From a virus: DNA of 64,000 nucleotides. Position 1 is the stretch's first letter. Each line of letters opens with the position of its first letter. The notes under the pieces are model-generated. The model worked only from the letters and a program-made list of their open reading frames with translations, was not told the DNA's origin and did not search any database. Shown here piece by piece: positions 41,701-50,301 of the stretch. Made by a program: the position numbers and the translations under genes. The stretch lies in IMG/VR virus record IMGVR_UViG_3300032282_004772; one strand, written 5' to 3'.

Positions 41701-42095
41701 TTAGGTATACTTGTACAAACTTGGTCAAAGTTAACAGTAGTTGGGTCTACATTCGCCTCGGTAATGATAGACCAAGAAGGACCCGCGTCATAACCTGACA
41801 ATCCCAATATTCTTGTCATGAACATTTGGTTAGATTGTTGTAAGTATGATTTTGCAATATACGCGGCTTCGTACTTTGGAATTTGAGTGTTTATGAATTT
41901 TTCTGGATTAGTTCCCCCGAAATAAGTTTCGAATTCGCTATAGTTAGAGATAAAGATAGGTTCAAATGCCGGACCTTTTAAAGCCTCTCCGACAATACCT
42001 AAAGTAGTAACCCCAACACTTTGCGTAACAAAACTTAAATCTCGTTCTGAAGTGTACACACCTGGTGACACGAATACTTTGCTATTTGTTGCCAT
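38757..42095 (-). CDS. Contractile tail sheath protein (T4 gp18-like)
   Basis: N-terminal FVSPGVYTSERDLS and GEALKGPAFEP; C-terminal PWFASAGYTRG, RINPIATF, WGNKTLQ, LDRINVRRLL, LFEQND and IKPTKSLEFI. Confidence 0.96.
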   Translation of the reverse strand: MATNSKVFVSPGVYTSERDLSFVTQSVGVTTLGIVGEALKGPAFEPIFISNYSEFETYFGGTNPEKFINTQIPKYEAAYIAKSYLQQSNQMFMTRILGLSGYDAGPSWSIITEANVDPTTVNFDQVCTSIPNYIDNTCDISCTAITSAFTFDFTGCTNQAGTIEFTTSLPPEIAALIDVPYTQFNGGISTLRDDINLQLLDIFADNALEPYSINYFGTIPTVDYDMMTGLTASTNVFNVPSVSSDLTDYTSPYNDAWYYALFNNYSGESYSGFSFFTTVSGLTNITPITPTPTPGPTPTPTPTPDPCSTTTTTIPTSTTTTTTPQCYSGSVVGVLYYYTGTTYSNYNNLVVATLRSRGLSTYDSTHDGPTYEIPDLSGVTLDFTGTYSAVTKNPYAKFAINVNNGSVCNTCVFKTSLSLSDATYLPKVFGGTNFAKPRTEVPIYVEEVFQSMLDWAYKKGFIKGLRPNLIQLPAARSNDPSNIACYLEQYQAPASPWLVSELRGTKVYRLFKFISIADGNSANDQIKISMANMSFGNQTFDVLIRDFYDTDAAPVVLEKFTNCSMDPGQNNFIAKKIGSQDGEYALNSKYVMVEMNEDAPIDALPCGFEGYNFRMYDGVKSPFPIYKTKYDYPGEVIFNPPFGYINGTDNPAISAGDNVRRTYLGISSSVGYDLDFFQYVGKQNLNNTCDLVLQDWPYITKGFHMDSGATVVTITGGYVTSGKTSFAVGDAEFRSDPSLETNPYYRLYARKFTLLVQGGFDGWDVYREYRTYSDRYQVGSSGYLAGACYSDRYPNATGAGMFRRITVGDNTQDWGNTDYYAYLLGQKTFQNPEAVNINVFVTPGIDYVNQGNLVEQAINMIEYDRADSLYITTTPDFNMFVPSTTNSTDLIYPTEAVDNLEQTGIDSNYTCTYYPWVLTRDTVNNTQLYIPATAEVTRNLALTDNIAFPWFASAGYTRGLVNSIKARRKLTQEDRDTLYVGRINPIATFSDVGTVIWGNKTLQIRESALDRINVRRLLLQARKLISAVAVRLLFEQNDSKVRQDFLDAVNPILDAIRRDRGLYDFRVTVSSSPEDLDRNQLVGKIYIKPTKSLEFIDIEFLITPTGASFDNI

Positions 42096-42129
42096 TATTT
42101 TTTAATTTCTTTGCAGATTTATTTTATTC

Positions 42130-42136
42130 ATAAATA
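42130..42136 (-). promoter_or_regulatory. TATTTAT promoter-like motif upstream of the sheath gene (representative of about 16 copies)
   Basis: The same heptamer occurs on the coding strand shortly upstream of many starts (see findings). Confidence 0.55.
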
Positions 42137-42185
42137 TTTGTTTTTATCCAAAAAATCTTTACTTTTAAAAAGATATTTCTATTGT

Positions 42186-42214
42186 GGCAGATTTAATTCT
42201 GCCTTTTTTCTGCC
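42186..42214. promoter_or_regulatory. Candidate operator: GGCAGA-N6-TCTGCC palindrome plus a third TCTGCC copy
   Basis: Three GC-rich hexamers (42186, 42198, 42209) in an AT-rich divergent intergenic region, abutting the TATTTAT motif of the RHH gene. Confidence 0.45.
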
Positions 42215-42224
42215 TATTTATAGT

Positions 42225-42386
42225 ATGGCCCAGGTTAAAAAAATAAAAAATATAAAAATTTCGATAGAATCACATGAAATTTTAAAAAAATATTGTGATA
42301 AGAGGGGTATTAAAATTTATAAATTTTTAGAAAATTTAATAATCGAAACCTGTAAAGAGAAAAAAGATATTTACGGAGAACATTAA
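42225..42386 (+). CDS. Ribbon-helix-helix-like small DNA-binding protein
   Basis: Likely start ATG 42225 (MAQVKKIKNIKISIESHEILKKYCDKRGIKIYKFLENLI). Alternating beta-strand followed by two helices with a G turn, as in CopG/MetJ-Arc. Confidence 0.6.
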   Translation: MAQVKKIKNIKISIESHEILKKYCDKRGIKIYKFLENLIIETCKEKKDIYGEH

Positions 42387-43417
42387 AGAAAGACCGATTG
42401 AAATTTAATAAATGAGTCTTCAGTTGGATTTTCTTTAATTATATTAAATCCTAATGTATCGGTTTCATTTATTTGTAACTTAGGAAGATTACTTCCAAAA
42501 TACATTCCATTTATATAAACATCATAACTAATTACGTTATGATTTGCAACCCAATCTAAATCTAAATTACCGTAAGGTCGTTCATTGACACTTACACTAC
42601 TTCCTGAAAAATCTACTAAAAATTCATTTGACGTAGGATTTCTTTTTCTTTTTTTCATTTTGTAATCAACCGAATTTGTTTCAAATATTTCAAATACTCT
42701 CTCAACCGCAGGTTTTACTTTAAATTCATCTTCATCGAGTAGAAATCCCATCATAGTAAAATCATAGGTTTGTATATAATATCTTCTTTTTTCTACATCC
42801 ATTACAGATTCTTCAGAAATATTATCCCAAATTATTGGAATATAATGTCCTTTTATTTCTGTGTATGATTGTCTAGATGAAAATTTTTGTAATACTATTT
42901 TATTTAAAGAGTTTAATTCTCTCATTCTATTACAAATAATTTTTAATGAAAATTTAATATCAACAGGTACTGGCTGTGGTATAGTATAAACATTAACACT
43001 AACTCTATCACCATCAAAACTAGGAACTGATGCGTAATAAAATTGTCGTCTATTTGGTATAGTATATTGTAAAGAAGGTAATGACCCGTATTTTATATCG
43101 GGACTTCTAATAACAGTAATAAATGGAGGTGAAACATTTTTATCTAAGTCTTGGAAATTCCAAGTTTGGGTAAATTGTGACCAACTTTGTGTGGTTATTA
43201 AAATATCAACTGTAGGTATTTTTTTTCCATCAACAACTACTTCTAATTCGTTTTTAACAAAATCTAAAAACCCTTTATCTAAATCTGCATGTAAAATAGA
43301 TTTAGGTAGAAAAGTTCCATGTTCATTTATCTTATCTAAAAGCTCGGCTCTTCTTGGATACAATGTACGATATGGAGTTAAAGATATGTCTTTTTTTATT
43401 TTTTTCGGAAACCCCAT
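42383..43417 (-). CDS. Tail terminator / sheath stabiliser (T4 gp15-like)
   Basis: PQPVPVDIKFSLKII...RELNSL and RYYIQTYDFTMMG. Upstream of the sheath gene, near the neck genes. Confidence 0.65.
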   Translation of the reverse strand: MGFPKKIKKDISLTPYRTLYPRRAELLDKINEHGTFLPKSILHADLDKGFLDFVKNELEVVVDGKKIPTVDILITTQSWSQFTQTWNFQDLDKNVSPPFITVIRSPDIKYGSLPSLQYTIPNRRQFYYASVPSFDGDRVSVNVYTIPQPVPVDIKFSLKIICNRMRELNSLNKIVLQKFSSRQSYTEIKGHYIPIIWDNISEESVMDVEKRRYYIQTYDFTMMGFLLDEDEFKVKPAVERVFEIFETNSVDYKMKKRKRNPTSNEFLVDFSGSSVSVNERPYGNLDLDWVANHNVISYDVYINGMYFGSNLPKLQINETDTLGFNIIKENPTEDSFIKFQSVFL

Positions 43418-43421
43418 TTTA

Positions 43422-44798
43422 TTAATATTTTATAATTTCATTTATTACGAATAATTTATTTTTTAAATTAATCATATCAACTTCTTTTGCTTTATATATG
43501 GGTTGTTTTGTATTTTTATAAACAAAACTATCATATTTGTATGGATTATAAGTAACAACATTACTATTAGACTCTTTTGGCATGTTTTCACAAGGATATA
43601 AACAATAATCTACTAATGTCCCAATTACAAAGGCGTGAACATTTTTATTTTTTTCTATTCTAACCTTTTCTCTACCACCTTCTCTAACTCTGAATTCAAC
43701 ATCTTTTAATTTAACATAATCCGCATACATTATTACTTTTGATTTGTAGGTTATTGAAAAAGTATGTTTATGTAAATTATAGTACACCATAACTTTTTTA
43801 CCCTTTAAATCATCTTTTGAATTATCATTACCACATTTATGACAAATATATGGGTCATCTCCTCCATCACTTAAATCCCAAGACCAACCACATTTATCAC
43901 AAGTAACAGTATTATTTTGAACTGATTCAGATATATTTTTTTTATTAATAATTTCTTTTATTTCTTCAACAGTTGAATATAACATGGTTAAAAACATTTT
44001 CCAACCCTTTTGACTGTATGTTTGGATTAAATCAATAATCCTTAAAAAATATGGCTCATAATCTGGTGTGTCTTTATATAATTCAGATACTTTTGGATAC
44101 TCTGTCATAATTGATGAAAGTATTTTTTCAAACTTACTATCAAATCCTCTTTGTCCATTCATTTCATCTATTATGTCATATGACAAAGGATTCAATGGTT
44201 CTAATTCATTGAAAAATCCTAATATATTTTTTAATGAACCTAATAATAATTCTCTATCTTTTTCATCTCTGACATACTTAATTCTTTCTTTATATTCTTG
44301 GACTAATGCCTCAAAAAACTCACCCGTTATTCCTCTAAGTTCAATTCCGTGAGAATAATATAATTCAGGAAAATTATTTGGGTCTGCGTATTTTGATAAA
44401 TATTTTTTAGAAATTTTTGTTGTTATTGTCGGGTCAACCGCATGTAAAAATTCATGATATAAAGAATTATATAAATTCTTTTTACTCATAGAATATTTTG
44501 GATTAACAACTAAAAAAAGATTTTCAATACTTGGAGTATCTGTAGTGTCATAAGCAATTGCCGCAAAAGTTTCAAATGTCGGGTCTATATATACAGGTAA
44601 ATAATATTCAGTACCATCTAAAGTTGTTATTGGTATATTTTTAAAAAAATATTGAGAACGTTTTTTTGAAGTTTTAATTTCTGTTTCTAAATCAGATAAA
44701 AGAGATATTAGGGTTGATAAGTTTTTATCATCCAATTTAAATCTCTTACTCGATTCATTTAATTTAAAATATTGGTTTTCAGTTATTATTATTTTCAT
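43422..44798 (-). CDS. Multidomain protein: HExxH zincin-like domain + Zn ribbon + YxNLH/KNVHA domain
   Basis: YHEFLHAVD...E (metallopeptidase-like), CDKC...CHKC, then VMVYYNLHK...KNVHAFVIG. N-terminus MKIIITENQY. Confidence 0.6.
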   Translation of the reverse strand: MKIIITENQYFKLNESSKRFKLDDKNLSTLISLLSDLETEIKTSKKRSQYFFKNIPITTLDGTEYYLPVYIDPTFETFAAIAYDTTDTPSIENLFLVVNPKYSMSKKNLYNSLYHEFLHAVDPTITTKISKKYLSKYADPNNFPELYYSHGIELRGITGEFFEALVQEYKERIKYVRDEKDRELLLGSLKNILGFFNELEPLNPLSYDIIDEMNGQRGFDSKFEKILSSIMTEYPKVSELYKDTPDYEPYFLRIIDLIQTYSQKGWKMFLTMLYSTVEEIKEIINKKNISESVQNNTVTCDKCGWSWDLSDGGDDPYICHKCGNDNSKDDLKGKKVMVYYNLHKHTFSITYKSKVIMYADYVKLKDVEFRVREGGREKVRIEKNKNVHAFVIGTLVDYCLYPCENMPKESNSNVVTYNPYKYDSFVYKNTKQPIYKAKEVDMINLKNKLFVINEIIKY

Positions 44799-45313
44799 TA
44801 TATACCTTTAAATTCATTATTACTAACAGGTGAAGCGATTATTGTTCTATAAAATGGTTTATATCCCGCATATGTATGTTTATTATCCGATACAACTCTT
44901 CCATCATTATTAACAACATAATATCTTACTCTAGTTTCTGTTTCATAATATCCTATATAATCACCATAAGATATGTCAATATCTAATTCATCCAAATGAG
45001 ACTGATATACTGATATTCTAACATTACCAGGTTCTATTTGTTCTATTTTTGAGTTACCTAAATTTTTATTTTCAGGAGCCATTACTTGTATGAAGGCTTT
45101 AAACTCAACGGGAGGTAAGAATTTTATACCATCTGATACCGCTTCACCATAGACATCATCAGTCTTTGTTTTATATCTATCAATTCTATATAAAACAAAA
45201 GTGAAATTCATATCACCGTGTAACCACTCTTTTCCCATTTCAATGTCCAAGTCAAAATCTTCTTGTCCAAAGAACTTTCCTATTCTTGATATTGGTACTT
45301 TATTTGTCGACAT
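44798..45313 (-). CDS. Neck / head-closure protein (T4 gp14-like)
   Basis: VLYRID...DDVYGEA...F.PPVE...GDYI pattern. Near the gp13- and gp15-like genes. Confidence 0.65.
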   Translation of the reverse strand: MSTNKVPISRIGKFFGQEDFDLDIEMGKEWLHGDMNFTFVLYRIDRYKTKTDDVYGEAVSDGIKFLPPVEFKAFIQVMAPENKNLGNSKIEQIEPGNVRISVYQSHLDELDIDISYGDYIGYYETETRVRYYVVNNDGRVVSDNKHTYAGYKPFYRTIIASPVSNNEFKGI

Positions 45314-45363
45314 ATTGATAAATATCTAAATATTTGTTATCATTTATATGATATTTAATAAAA

Positions 45364-47136
45364 TTGGATTTAAACGAAAATGATAATAAAATATTGTTGG
45401 AACAAAGGGCTTTAGAAGTCCTTGATAAGTATGATGGTGCCAACAATTATCTTCTAAGATTAAAATATCAAAAAGAAAAAAATAGTAAGTTTTATCCAAC
45501 AAGAGCCCAATCGGAATACATTTTAAATTTTCATAATACCATTCCTAAAATTGCAAAAAAATGGGTTGATTTGGACCCTTATTTTGCAAAAAAACTTGCG
45601 GACGAAAAACTTTATACACAAGTACCTGAACAAGTTTGGATTGAAAAACTTTTAGTTGAAAAAGACAAGGCGTACCATATTTGGGGTAAAGTTTTTAGTG
45701 GAGAATCGTTACACGAATTTTGGTTACCAAAAGTATCAATTATAAAAACACATAAGACAGAAAAAGTTGAAATAGACTATTCAAAATATGATAATAGGCC
45801 TCCATTAAATCATCAAAAAGAAGCGATTGAAAAATTAGTTGGAACCAAAAGATTTATTTTGGCCGATGATATGGGGTTAGGTAAAACGACTTCAACAATT
45901 ATTGCAGCATTAGAAACAAACGCCAAAAAAATATTAATAATTTGTCCCGCGTCATTAAAAATTAATTGGATGAGGGAAATACAAAATTATACCAATAGGT
46001 CCGTTTATATTTGTGAAGGTAAAAATTTTTCAGAAGACCACGATTTTGTAATTGTTAATTATGATATTATCAAAAACTTTTATGATATTAAAAACAGAGA
46101 AGAAAGTTTAATATATAAAGTTAATTTTGATTTAATCATTATTGATGAAGCCCATTATTTACAGAATGCCCAAGCCCAGAGGACAAAACTAGTTAATAGT
46201 TTTGCAAAAAGAACTGATAGACTTTGGTTGTTAACAGGAACTCCAATGACATCAAGACCGATTAATTATTATAATTTATTAAATCTAATTGAATCTCCTG
46301 TGGCCCAAAATTGGATGGCTTACGCAATAAGATATTGTGAAGGATATCAATTTAGAGTTGGTGGAAATAGAAAGGTTTGGAACGTAAATGGTGCGTCTAA
46401 TTTAGATGAATTAAGAGATAGAACTTCTAAACAAATCTTAAGAAGATTAAAAGAAGATGTTTTAGACTTACCTGATAAAATTATTACCCCCGTATATCTT
46501 AGACTGAAATCAAGATTGTATGAAGAACTGATGGGAGAATACTATGATTGGTATCGAACAAAAAAAGAAGAATCGTCGTCTTTAACCCTACAATTTTCCA
46601 AGTTGACAAAAGTAAGACAAATAATTGCCACAGAAAAAATATTTAGTACAATTGAATTGGCGGAAAATATTGTAGAACAAGGTAAAAAAGTTATTATTTT
46701 TACAAATTTTACTGATTCATTAGAAAGGATTGTTGAGCATTTTGGTAAACAATGTGTGTTTGTTGACGGAAGTTCTTCTAAAATTGCAAGACAAAACTCA
46801 GTAGATAGGTTTCAGGATGATGAAAAAATTAAAGTTTTTGTTGGGAATATAAAAGCGGCAGGAGTTGGATTAACATTAACTGCTGCTCAGGCGGTAATCA
46901 TGAATGACTTGTCTTTTGTTCCTTCAGACCATAGTCAAGCGGAAGACAGAGCGTATAGATATGGTCAAAATTCAAATGTTTCAGTATATTACCCTATTTT
47001 TGAAAATACTATTGAAGGGGCAATATATGACATTCTTTCAAAGAAAAAACTTATAATAGGAACCGTTATGGGAGATTCTATGGATAAGTCAGATTTTGCT
47101 GAAGAAATACTAAATTATATAAATAAAGGTGTATAA
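45364..47136 (+). CDS. SNF2-family (SMARCAL1/HARP-like) helicase
   Basis: LADDMGLGKT, ICPASL, DEAH, LTGTP, RRLK, GVGLTL and QAEDRAYRYGQ. Confidence 0.93.
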   Translation: MDLNENDNKILLEQRALEVLDKYDGANNYLLRLKYQKEKNSKFYPTRAQSEYILNFHNTIPKIAKKWVDLDPYFAKKLADEKLYTQVPEQVWIEKLLVEKDKAYHIWGKVFSGESLHEFWLPKVSIIKTHKTEKVEIDYSKYDNRPPLNHQKEAIEKLVGTKRFILADDMGLGKTTSTIIAALETNAKKILIICPASLKINWMREIQNYTNRSVYICEGKNFSEDHDFVIVNYDIIKNFYDIKNREESLIYKVNFDLIIIDEAHYLQNAQAQRTKLVNSFAKRTDRLWLLTGTPMTSRPINYYNLLNLIESPVAQNWMAYAIRYCEGYQFRVGGNRKVWNVNGASNLDELRDRTSKQILRRLKEDVLDLPDKIITPVYLRLKSRLYEELMGEYYDWYRTKKEESSSLTLQFSKLTKVRQIIATEKIFSTIELAENIVEQGKKVIIFTNFTDSLERIVEHFGKQCVFVDGSSSKIARQNSVDRFQDDEKIKVFVGNIKAAGVGLTLTAAQAVIMNDLSFVPSDHSQAEDRAYRYGQNSNVSVYYPIFENTIEGAIYDILSKKKLIIGTVMGDSMDKSDFAEEILNYINKGV

Positions 47137-47177
47137 TTTAACTATTTGGATTATTTATATACTATAAAGCCTATAGT

Positions 47178-48857
47178 ATGAAAAATCTAGTAAACAAAAT
47201 TGAAAGAATAGAAAAAGAAATTATTAAATCAGAATCTAAGACTACCCAAAAATTTTTTCTTTCTGAAATGAAACGAATTGGTATTGAAAAATTACCTTAT
47301 TCGTTTGCATCCCTAAAAAGATTTATTGACCCTGAAACAATGGACTACCATTATAATAAACATTATAAGGGTTATGTTGAGAAACTAAACACCGCCCTAA
47401 ATAAGAGAAAATTTGGTGATTTAGATTTGGAACAAATTGTTAAATCGATAAGTAGATTTAATAAAACAATAAGAAATAATGCCGGTGGAGCTTACAATCA
47501 CGCTCTTTTTTGGAAGATGTTATCTCCAAAACCACAAAAACCTAAAGGTCAACTCTTAAGAAAAATTGAAAGTGTATTTGGAGGAGTTCCCGCATTTAAG
47601 AAAAAATTTGAAGAAGAGTGTAAAGAAAGATTTGGGTCGGGATGGTGTTGGTTAGTAATAACTAAAAACAATTCATTAAAAATTGTTTCGACTCCAAATC
47701 AAGATAATCCATTAATGAATGATGTTAAAGATGGGGGATACCCAATTTTAGGATTGGATTTATGGGAACACGCTTATTATTTGAAGTATCGAAACAAAAG
47801 AGATGAATATATTAAGAATTTTTGGGATGCGGTTAACTGGGAGTTTGTTGAGAAACTTTATTTAATGAAAGTGGAAACAAAGTTAACGGAAGAAGTTGTT
47901 TTAGAACAATTAATGAGAGATAATAATGACTTTCTTTTAATTGAACAACAAAATGAATCCCAAAGTTGTTCTTCTGAAGAAACAAAATTATTTAAAAGAT
48001 TATTGTTCCCCCCAACAAATTTATTAGAAAAATCAAAAGAGTATGGGGAATTTATAAAAGAATATACTGCAGGATGGATGGATGTTTTGAGAAAATCGTA
48101 TCCTGAAAATTGGAAAGAAAGAAATCAATTATTTCAAGGACATGAGGCCGGATTATATACTAAAGAAAATGTTAGGTCACTTTTAATGAACTTAACATCG
48201 TCTTATGTTGCGTTTTGTATTATTCACAAAGATATTAATCAATATCTAAAAAGTACAAACCAAAAAATAATCGAGTATGGAGATGACCCTAAAAAAAATC
48301 TATTGGAATTAAGAAGATTCTTTTCGGTTTTAGATGGTTTAAGAGCAACAATTTTTAAAAGAGGCGAACAATCAATAACTTTAAATAAAATAGGAAGAGT
48401 ATTAAAAAAATCAGATTGTTTAGGTAAGAGAAACGAACAAGCGTCAGAACAAATTATAAATCAAATTTTGGGTGCAAATACTTGTGAAATAAAATCAGGA
48501 GGTGGAATTAGTAATGATATGTATTCAGGAATTGATGCCATTCTTAATATTGAAGGAAAACGTTTAAAGGCTCAAATAAAACCTTTCACAAACGCATATA
48601 AAAAAGAATTTGACACTGAAGAATATTATATAGTTGAAGGGGCATCTAGTACAAAGGCCTACAAAACTGTGGATTTATTAATTTTTGTTAATGTAAAAAC
48701 TAAAAACGTGAAAATTTTTAATTCAAAAAACGTTAGAATAAATCAAGGAAATTATATTATACCATCAAATTATTTAGCTTATGATTTATTTGCGAAAGAA
48801 CCAATTGAATTAATTGATTGTAACAAATATTTATCAGAAAATATGATATGGGAATAA
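47178..48857 (+). CDS. sod: Fe/Mn superoxide dismutase (Mn-type signature) fused to a C-terminal PD-(D/E)xK-like domain
   Basis: LPY...HYNKHYKGYV, NAGGAYNHALFW, FGSGWCWL, NQDNP and DLWEHAYY (~47270-47860). The extra ~330 aa include GKRNE...GIDA...AQIKP. Confidence 0.85.
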   Translation: MKNLVNKIERIEKEIIKSESKTTQKFFLSEMKRIGIEKLPYSFASLKRFIDPETMDYHYNKHYKGYVEKLNTALNKRKFGDLDLEQIVKSISRFNKTIRNNAGGAYNHALFWKMLSPKPQKPKGQLLRKIESVFGGVPAFKKKFEEECKERFGSGWCWLVITKNNSLKIVSTPNQDNPLMNDVKDGGYPILGLDLWEHAYYLKYRNKRDEYIKNFWDAVNWEFVEKLYLMKVETKLTEEVVLEQLMRDNNDFLLIEQQNESQSCSSEETKLFKRLLFPPTNLLEKSKEYGEFIKEYTAGWMDVLRKSYPENWKERNQLFQGHEAGLYTKENVRSLLMNLTSSYVAFCIIHKDINQYLKSTNQKIIEYGDDPKKNLLELRRFFSVLDGLRATIFKRGEQSITLNKIGRVLKKSDCLGKRNEQASEQIINQILGANTCEIKSGGGISNDMYSGIDAILNIEGKRLKAQIKPFTNAYKKEFDTEEYYIVEGASSTKAYKTVDLLIFVNVKTKNVKIFNSKNVRINQGNYIIPSNYLAYDLFAKEPIELIDCNKYLSENMIWE

Positions 48858-49960
48858 TCGCAGAACCTGAAAGAACAAAACTTTACACCAGAATAAGACA
48901 CCTGTTAGGTGCTCCAATAAGAGGTGTTGAATTAGAGGACGAAATGATGGACTCTTTACTTGAATTTGCTATTGGGGATTACTCCCAATACATTCAAGAT
49001 TGGTTAATCGAATCTCAATGGTCTGCATTACAAAATCTAAATTTAGATGAACAATCATTAACAAAGGCGTTTATTACAAGAAGTTTAGATTACGAAACAA
49101 GATATAGTTATGCGTATTCTAAAATAGTTGGACTACAGGCAGGAGGACCTTGGGTTTTAAAGAAAGATTACATTCAATTACAAAAAGGACAACAATTATA
49201 TGAAGTTCCGGCTAATAGAGAAATAAATGAATTACTATGGTTTACTCCTGCAGAATTAACAAATATTTTATTTGACCCTTGGTCTTTTGGAGTTATGGGA
49301 GGACCCGGATTAGGAGGTCCTGGAGGATATTCACAAATCGGTTATAGTGGTTCATACTTTTTAATGCCAGCATTTGATATGTTACTCAGAATGCAAGAAA
49401 TTAATATCCAAAGAAGAATAATTGCTTCAGATTTAACATATAGAATAACTGCATTACCTGATGGTAAAAAATTAGTTCATTTAATGAATACACCTGGAGG
49501 TAAATTTGATTTTGGGAATTCTAACTTTTATCAGGGAAAAGTTTGGTATTGGTATTATGATACTGAAGGTGCAGACAGAGACCAATGTTTAAAAGACAAT
49601 CCTGATATTATCAAATTACCATCTGACGTTCCTTTAGATTCTATTGATTGGGTTGATTTAAATAATCCATCCCAACAATGGGTTAGAAGATGGTTTATTG
49701 CGTTATGTAAAGAAACTTTAGCAAGAGTTAGGGGGAAATATAGTGGAAATTTAAAAACACCTGATTCAGAGTTAACAATGGATTATCAATCTTTACTCAC
49801 TGAAGCCAAAGATGAAAAAGATAAGTTATACACTGAATTATCTGCTAGACTTGAGAGAATGAGACCTGAAAAAATGATGGAAAAAGAGGCGTTAACCGCT
49901 GAAAACCTTAATAAGGCAATGAAGTATAGAGCATTTCCTCGTCAAATATATGTAATTTAA
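48848..49960 (+). CDS. Neck protein / head-tail adaptor (T4 gp13-like)
   Basis: RHLLGAPIRGVELEDEMM and WVRRWFIALCKETLARVRGKY...TMD...LLTEAK.EK are gp13 features. Confidence 0.8.
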   Translation: MGIIAEPERTKLYTRIRHLLGAPIRGVELEDEMMDSLLEFAIGDYSQYIQDWLIESQWSALQNLNLDEQSLTKAFITRSLDYETRYSYAYSKIVGLQAGGPWVLKKDYIQLQKGQQLYEVPANREINELLWFTPAELTNILFDPWSFGVMGGPGLGGPGGYSQIGYSGSYFLMPAFDMLLRMQEINIQRRIIASDLTYRITALPDGKKLVHLMNTPGGKFDFGNSNFYQGKVWYWYYDTEGADRDQCLKDNPDIIKLPSDVPLDSIDWVDLNNPSQQWVRRWFIALCKETLARVRGKYSGNLKTPDSELTMDYQSLLTEAKDEKDKLYTELSARLERMRPEKMMEKEALTAENLNKAMKYRAFPRQIYVI

Positions 49961-49965
49961 TTTTT

Positions 49966-50301
49966 ATGCCGATAGTACGAAGTATACCTTCAGAGAAAAT
50001 AGTAAATGGAAATTTAATAAAAACTTCCCAAAATGTTATAATATCTGAATCAAGTTATAAAACAAAAGGTGAAGACTTTATTGTTGTTAAAAACATAGAT
50101 AATTCTAAAATAGTTTTAGATAGTGTTACTACTGACCATGTAACAATTAAAGCTTTAACAAAAGTATTAATCATTCCTGATTCAGGTAAAATAGATGAAG
50201 AATTTGATGAAGTCTTTATTGATAAAGGTACTTGTATTGAATTATCATACTGTGGAGGATGTTGGTACATCATGAGTTCTGATGGACTCAAGCTCAATTA
50301 A
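49966..50301 (+). CDS. Small beta-rich virion-associated hypothetical protein
   Basis: 111 aa following gp13. The pattern I.P..GKID...G..IEL....WYI resembles short fibre/baseplate beta modules. Confidence 0.5.
   Translation: MPIVRSIPSEKIVNGNLIKTSQNVIISESSYKTKGEDFIVVKNIDNSKIVLDSVTTDHVTIKALTKVLIIPDSGKIDEEFDEVFIDKGTCIELSYCGGCWYIMSSDGLKLN

Noticed and set aside
50245-50301. 57-nt convergent overlap between the polymerase and the 111-aa gene
   Set aside because: The overlapping polymerase tail lies beyond the conserved domain and is most simply a neutral stop-codon drift.
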